In this document: in pieces, positions 59,675 to 64,000 of the stretch
How the letters are laid out: each line of letters starts with the position of its first letter
Numbering within the stretch: position 1 is the stretch's first letter
Assembly (NCBI GenBank): GCA_964036045.1
Contig: OZ038379.1
Coordinates: 71,982,001-72,046,000, forward strand
Length of the DNA stretch: 64,000 bases
Origin: Eutreptiella sp. 'Long Island Sound 2002'
Lineage: Eukaryota > Protista > Euglenida
Direction of reading: 5' to 3'
The notes under the pieces: model-generated
What the model was told of the DNA's origin: nothing
The model's database searches: none
The model's input: only the letters and a program-made list of their open reading frames with translations
Program-made: the position numbers and the translations under genes

Positions 59675-60118
59675 GGTGCAGAGAAAATTGTAAGTTTGTG
59701 CAATTTTGTCTTGCGGTATATGCTTGTAGGAAAAAAATTGTCTTTTTTTGCAATAAATGCGATTACAAAAAAATCGTAAGTCGTGAGGATGGTAGGGGTG
59801 GCTTGAGGGGGGGGGTCCACACACCAGTACTATTTCAGTGAACCCGTCATCGCAAGCAGCGTGTTGCACTTCATGGAGTACATCATAGGGCTCATCATAG
59901 GATCTGCTGTCCGCTGCCTCTTTGAAGGCGGGCTGTCATGCCACTCGCTTGTTGTGAAAGCCCTTGGTGAAGAATTGCTGAAGTGGGATCTCGGATGGTT
60001 TTGCCAGCCTGTGCCAAGGTAAATGCAAGCAGAGCTGCTGGTCGATCCGCCAAGCTGACAGACGAGGTAAAATGTCACCGCCATTGCTGAGATTGTGCAC
60101 AAGCGACCCAGGAAGCAT

Positions 60119-60820
60119 ACCATAGTCCACAGGTAAGGTTGGCCAAATACCATCCCCGTTGCACGCCTGGCTCCTGAAGCAGCACGGTTGTGGAATCCCT
60201 CTCGAACGGCTGCAGTCTGAGGACAGTAAAGGGCGGTAATGGTGCATGCAAGCTATTGGTCGAAAGAAATATCCATACGAAAAGCTAACCAACATGTACA
60301 AGTGTCAGGACCCTCGACTCAAGGATCATACCATAGTCCACAGGTAATGGTGGCTCTCTGTTATCCCCAATGCACGCTTGGCTCGTGGAGCAGCATGGCT
60401 GTGCAATCCGTCTTGAACGGCTGCATTCTGAGGACGATAAAAGGCGCTAATGGTGCATGCAAGCTATTGGTCGAAAGGGATATCCATCCGAAAAGCTGTC
60501 CAACATGTAGCCCCCCCCCCCTTGTTCAGTATACACCTTTGCGCAATGGTTCCCTCACACCCCCAAGTGACGGTTCCCTCGCCCCCCCCGAATACTATGC
60601 AATGGACACGTAACACAGAACAAGTCATGCAGCAAACATACCATAGTCCATAGGCAACGGTGGCCTCCTGTCATCCCCAATGCGGGTCTGGCTCCTTGAG
60701 CAGCACGGCTGTGGAATCCTTCTTGAAAAACTGCCGTCTGAGGCCAGTAGAGGGTGCTGAGAGTGCACGCAAGCTGTTGGTTGAGAGGGAAATGCATCGG
60801 GGAAGCTGAGCGGCCCTGGC
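60119..60820. repeat. ~210-bp tandem repeat, three copies
   Basis: ACCATAGTCCA.AGG at 60119, 60330 and 60640, each followed by collinear sequence. Confidence 0.8.
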
Positions 60821-62279
60821 AAAACTAATTCACCAGCGTCAGAAACACACCAGCTGACGCTCCTTGTCTATCAGGCCTTGAAGAGTTGCGTGAGATAGAT
60901 GGATCCCTCCGCTCCGTACCATCTGGTTGCCAGCCTAGCGGAGAGGCAATCATAGAAGAGGTTGTTGGGGGGGGGGGAGGACCCAAGTTGCCCTCCTCTC
61001 CAAACGCCACCACCCTGAGAAGCCTATGTATCCAATTGTCAGGGCCACAAAGATACCACGGTCCCCAGGTAGGTTCTGCGTTCTGCCATAGATTGACTGT
61101 GAAGAGGAGCGTCGTGAGGGCGACCGTGATGAATGCCTACTTCCTGTCTCTGACAATTCCGTCCTCCGGTGTGACGAAGAGTGCGGTGATGGCGATCGTT
61201 GTGATTGCCTTGATTCCGACGAGTCCCTCCCCCGCTGGGGGATAGGGCCTAAGGACAAAGCAGTTAACAACTGCTCACAGACTACTGCAGAGATCTTCAG
61301 ATGCATACTCATGTCCGGCGAGAAGAGGCATCAACAAGCTACAATTTTGGATGGTTCAGGTCTACAGCTCGGCCACCCCCCTCCTGAAGGGGTATGGGGT
61401 GCTTCACCCACACCCGCTGCCCAGCCAGTGGCGCTCTGTTCATCAGGGTTTTTCCTGGGCTGATTCTCAGCGTGACTTCTGTGGAAAATACCCCAGAAAA
61501 CGTCGTGTTTCGCCATTTTAACCTGGCGCCGACCTTCGTCGCTTGCGCGTCGCAGCCCCAGATCGAAGTTTTCTTTCTCGATTCCTGAAGATTATAATCA
61601 ATTTTATTATTGATTTATCAGTTTTAGAAATATAGGAATAAGCCGTGACCATTTTTGTGGCGTTCCGCAAGGGTCAATTTTTGACGAAATTGGTCACGTA
61701 AAAGATTTTTCCAGAAAATCCTGAGGCGATCCCAGGAATCAGCCAGGCGCCCAAGGCGTGGCCCAACAGTGGCCCTCTTCATATATAATATGCATTTGGG
61801 AAGAGACGCCTCGTGTTGGTTACACGACGTGTTTTGGGGGGAAACCCGGGAAATGAGTGTTTTTGACTCAAAAATCACTATATTTCACTGTTCTCCGCCC
61901 AAAAACGACTGTTTGGTCCAGTTTGGGCAGGATCTCAGTGGAGATCCTGATGGCGACGACTCGTAGCCGTCAGCTTTTCTGATGGCGGCGACGCCGCCAC
62001 CATCGTTTCGTCTTTTTTTTTCTAAGCTATTTTATAGTTTAGAGATGATACATATACTTGTTACGTGTGTATGCATTGTTACTTGTTACATATACCTTCT
62101 CTTTGTCCAGAGACGCCAGATTGTGTCCGCGGACGCTTCCCGTGGGGTGAGCAAGGATTCCAAGACCATTTACGCAACTCCAATGGAATTGAAGTTTGGA
62201 ATAGACTTCATGTAGTACTTGGAGGGGTTGGGGTGATGGGTTGAAGGATTTTCAATTTTCTGTGGACGCACGGACATCA

Positions 62280-63230
62280 CCCCCGCCGAAAATGCTTCAC
62301 TCCCCTTTCGGCGACCAGACGGCCGGGCATTGGCAAGGTTGTCCAAGTCTGAAGCTCATTAATGTGTACCAATGTCAGCACGCATACCACGATCCGCAGG
62401 CAGGGTCGGTCTTCTGTCATGGCGGCTGCTTGACGAGTATCTGTCTGTCATTGACCGCGACACAGAGTGCTGTGATGGTGATCGTTGTGATCGACTGCTT
62501 CGTGTATCTGACGAGTCCGTCCCGCTCCGAGAAATAGGGCCTAAGGACAAAGCAGTTAACAACTGCTCACAGACTACAGCAGAGTTCTTGAGATGCATAC
62601 TCATGTCCAGCGAGAAGAGGTATCAGCAAGCCACAATTTGGATGGTGCAGGCCTACGGCTTGGCCACCTACCTTCACTGTCGGCGGCCAGACGGGTGGGC
62701 ATTGGCAAGGTTGTCCAAGTCCGAAGCTCATTTCTGTGTACCAATATCAGCACACATACCACAGTCCCCAGGCAGGGCCGGTCTTCTGTCATTGCGGCTG
62801 CTTGACGGGTATCTGTCTGTCATTGACCACGACAAAGAGTGCCATGATGCTGATCGTTTTGATTGACTGCTTCGTGCTTTTGAGGAGTCCTTTCCCCGCC
62901 GAGCAATAGGGCCTGAGGACAAAGCGTTTAACAACTACTCACAGACCACTGCGGAGACATTCAGGTTCAAACTGATGTCACACTGTTCCCCCTTTGGTAC
63001 CTGTCGCTTCTCCTTATCCAGGCGCCGACCCAAAATCCTCCACAATGGGCTTCCCTACCCGGAAGCCCACCCTGCCCCAAATTCTGACAGACCCACCCTA
63101 GGGTAGGACACACACTACAAAAGCTCTGGCCTCGTGGCAGCAGACATACTGGGCACGCTCATCCTTTTGCCATGGTATGGTTGGTGGCTGCATGAGGGCG
63201 ATGTGGAGCGGCGTCAAGATTTCCTGCTTT
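62280..63230. repeat. Paralog of the 52-53 kb repeat family with two 372-bp units
   Basis: ATTGGCAAGGTTGTCCAAGT at about 62329 and 62701; CTCACAGAC at 62566 and 62938. Confidence 0.8.
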
Positions 63231-64000
63231 CTGTCTCTGATGAGTCTGTTCTCTGGCGTCCTGCGTGATAGACAAACCACTTGACCGCTACTCAGAGATT
63301 ACCACGATGCACAAAGATGCACATGAATCAGTCCATTCTCCAACGATGCACATAAATTTGTCCCTCTCTGCTTCAAAGAGCGGGGGGGGGGGGGATGCGG
63401 TCGCCGAGATTGGCAAAAAATGCGGAAACATGCGGACAAAATGCGGAAAATGCGGCAAAAAATGCGATAGAAAATGCGGTTTGGTTATAATGGTGTTTGC
63501 CCCTCAAAACCCCTATGTTTCGTGTCGTCTTGCACAATTTGGCGCTCAAAGCATGGACGGTTTGATGGAACAACTTGGTGCAGTAGTTCAACTCAAGAAT
63601 ATCACGGACTAGGCTCAAAACAGCTTGGAGCAGAGGCTGCAGCTGCTTGGTCAGGCCAGACCGCTGAATATCCGCGCTGCATCAGATGCTCTTCCTATGA
63701 ACCCAAACCGCCGGGCTCCCTGGGGGAGAGGGGGTGATACCCCAACATACATACCTCAAAATGATACCCATGACACGCTGTTCATTTTGAATATACACAA
63801 CTGGGGGAAAAAACTTTCAAATAAAATTTGTCCATCAACTCAGGCTCCCATCAGCGAAGGTCCGACCCGGAGGTCGGGCCGGGGTCAATGTCCTTCTCTG
63901 TGGTTCTCATCCATTTTTGAATTCTCCACAAATTCTGAATATTTTGAGCATAGACACATAGGGTCAAACAAAAACATTTCCCCCTGCCATCTGCCTAAAC

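Noticed and set aside
63236-63280. Hammerhead ribozyme-like CTGATGA...AAAC (also GCCGAAAGGC near 22435)
   Set aside because: The GAAA core is incomplete and stems I/III do not pair convincingly.

Overview
Repeat-dense eukaryotic (probably protist) DNA made almost entirely of nested, partly decayed mobile elements; no intact host gene, rRNA, tRNA or CRISPR array is supported, and the taxon cannot be fixed from sequence alone. 1-17.9 kb: two different Ty3/Gypsy-type retrotransposons on the minus strand (element B nested in element C, plus the 5' end of a second B copy). Both carry a phage-Dam/DIRS-like N6-adenine DNA methyltransferase-like domain between protease and RT, and element C also carries a five-motif dUTPase. 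18-24.7 kb: a decayed APE+RT non-LTR retrotransposon interrupted by a GC-rich non-coding retroposon with an (AAACCTC)n tail; a second copy lies at 34.6-36.6 kb with a 15-bp TSD and an empty paralogous site at about 43.4 kb. 25-30 kb: strand-biased low-complexity and minisatellite arrays. 30.7-46.4 kb: a diverged tandem duplication carrying higher-order satellites and N-terminal transposase remnants. 49-64 kb: small tandem repeats, a matrin-type zinc-finger ORF, a cyclophilin pseudogene fragment, and a near-full-length Transib/RAG1-core-like DDE transposase (59252-57640, minus; one frameshift, one stop) with four other fragments of the same family in the window. All family assignments are by-eye motif recognition; no database searches were run.
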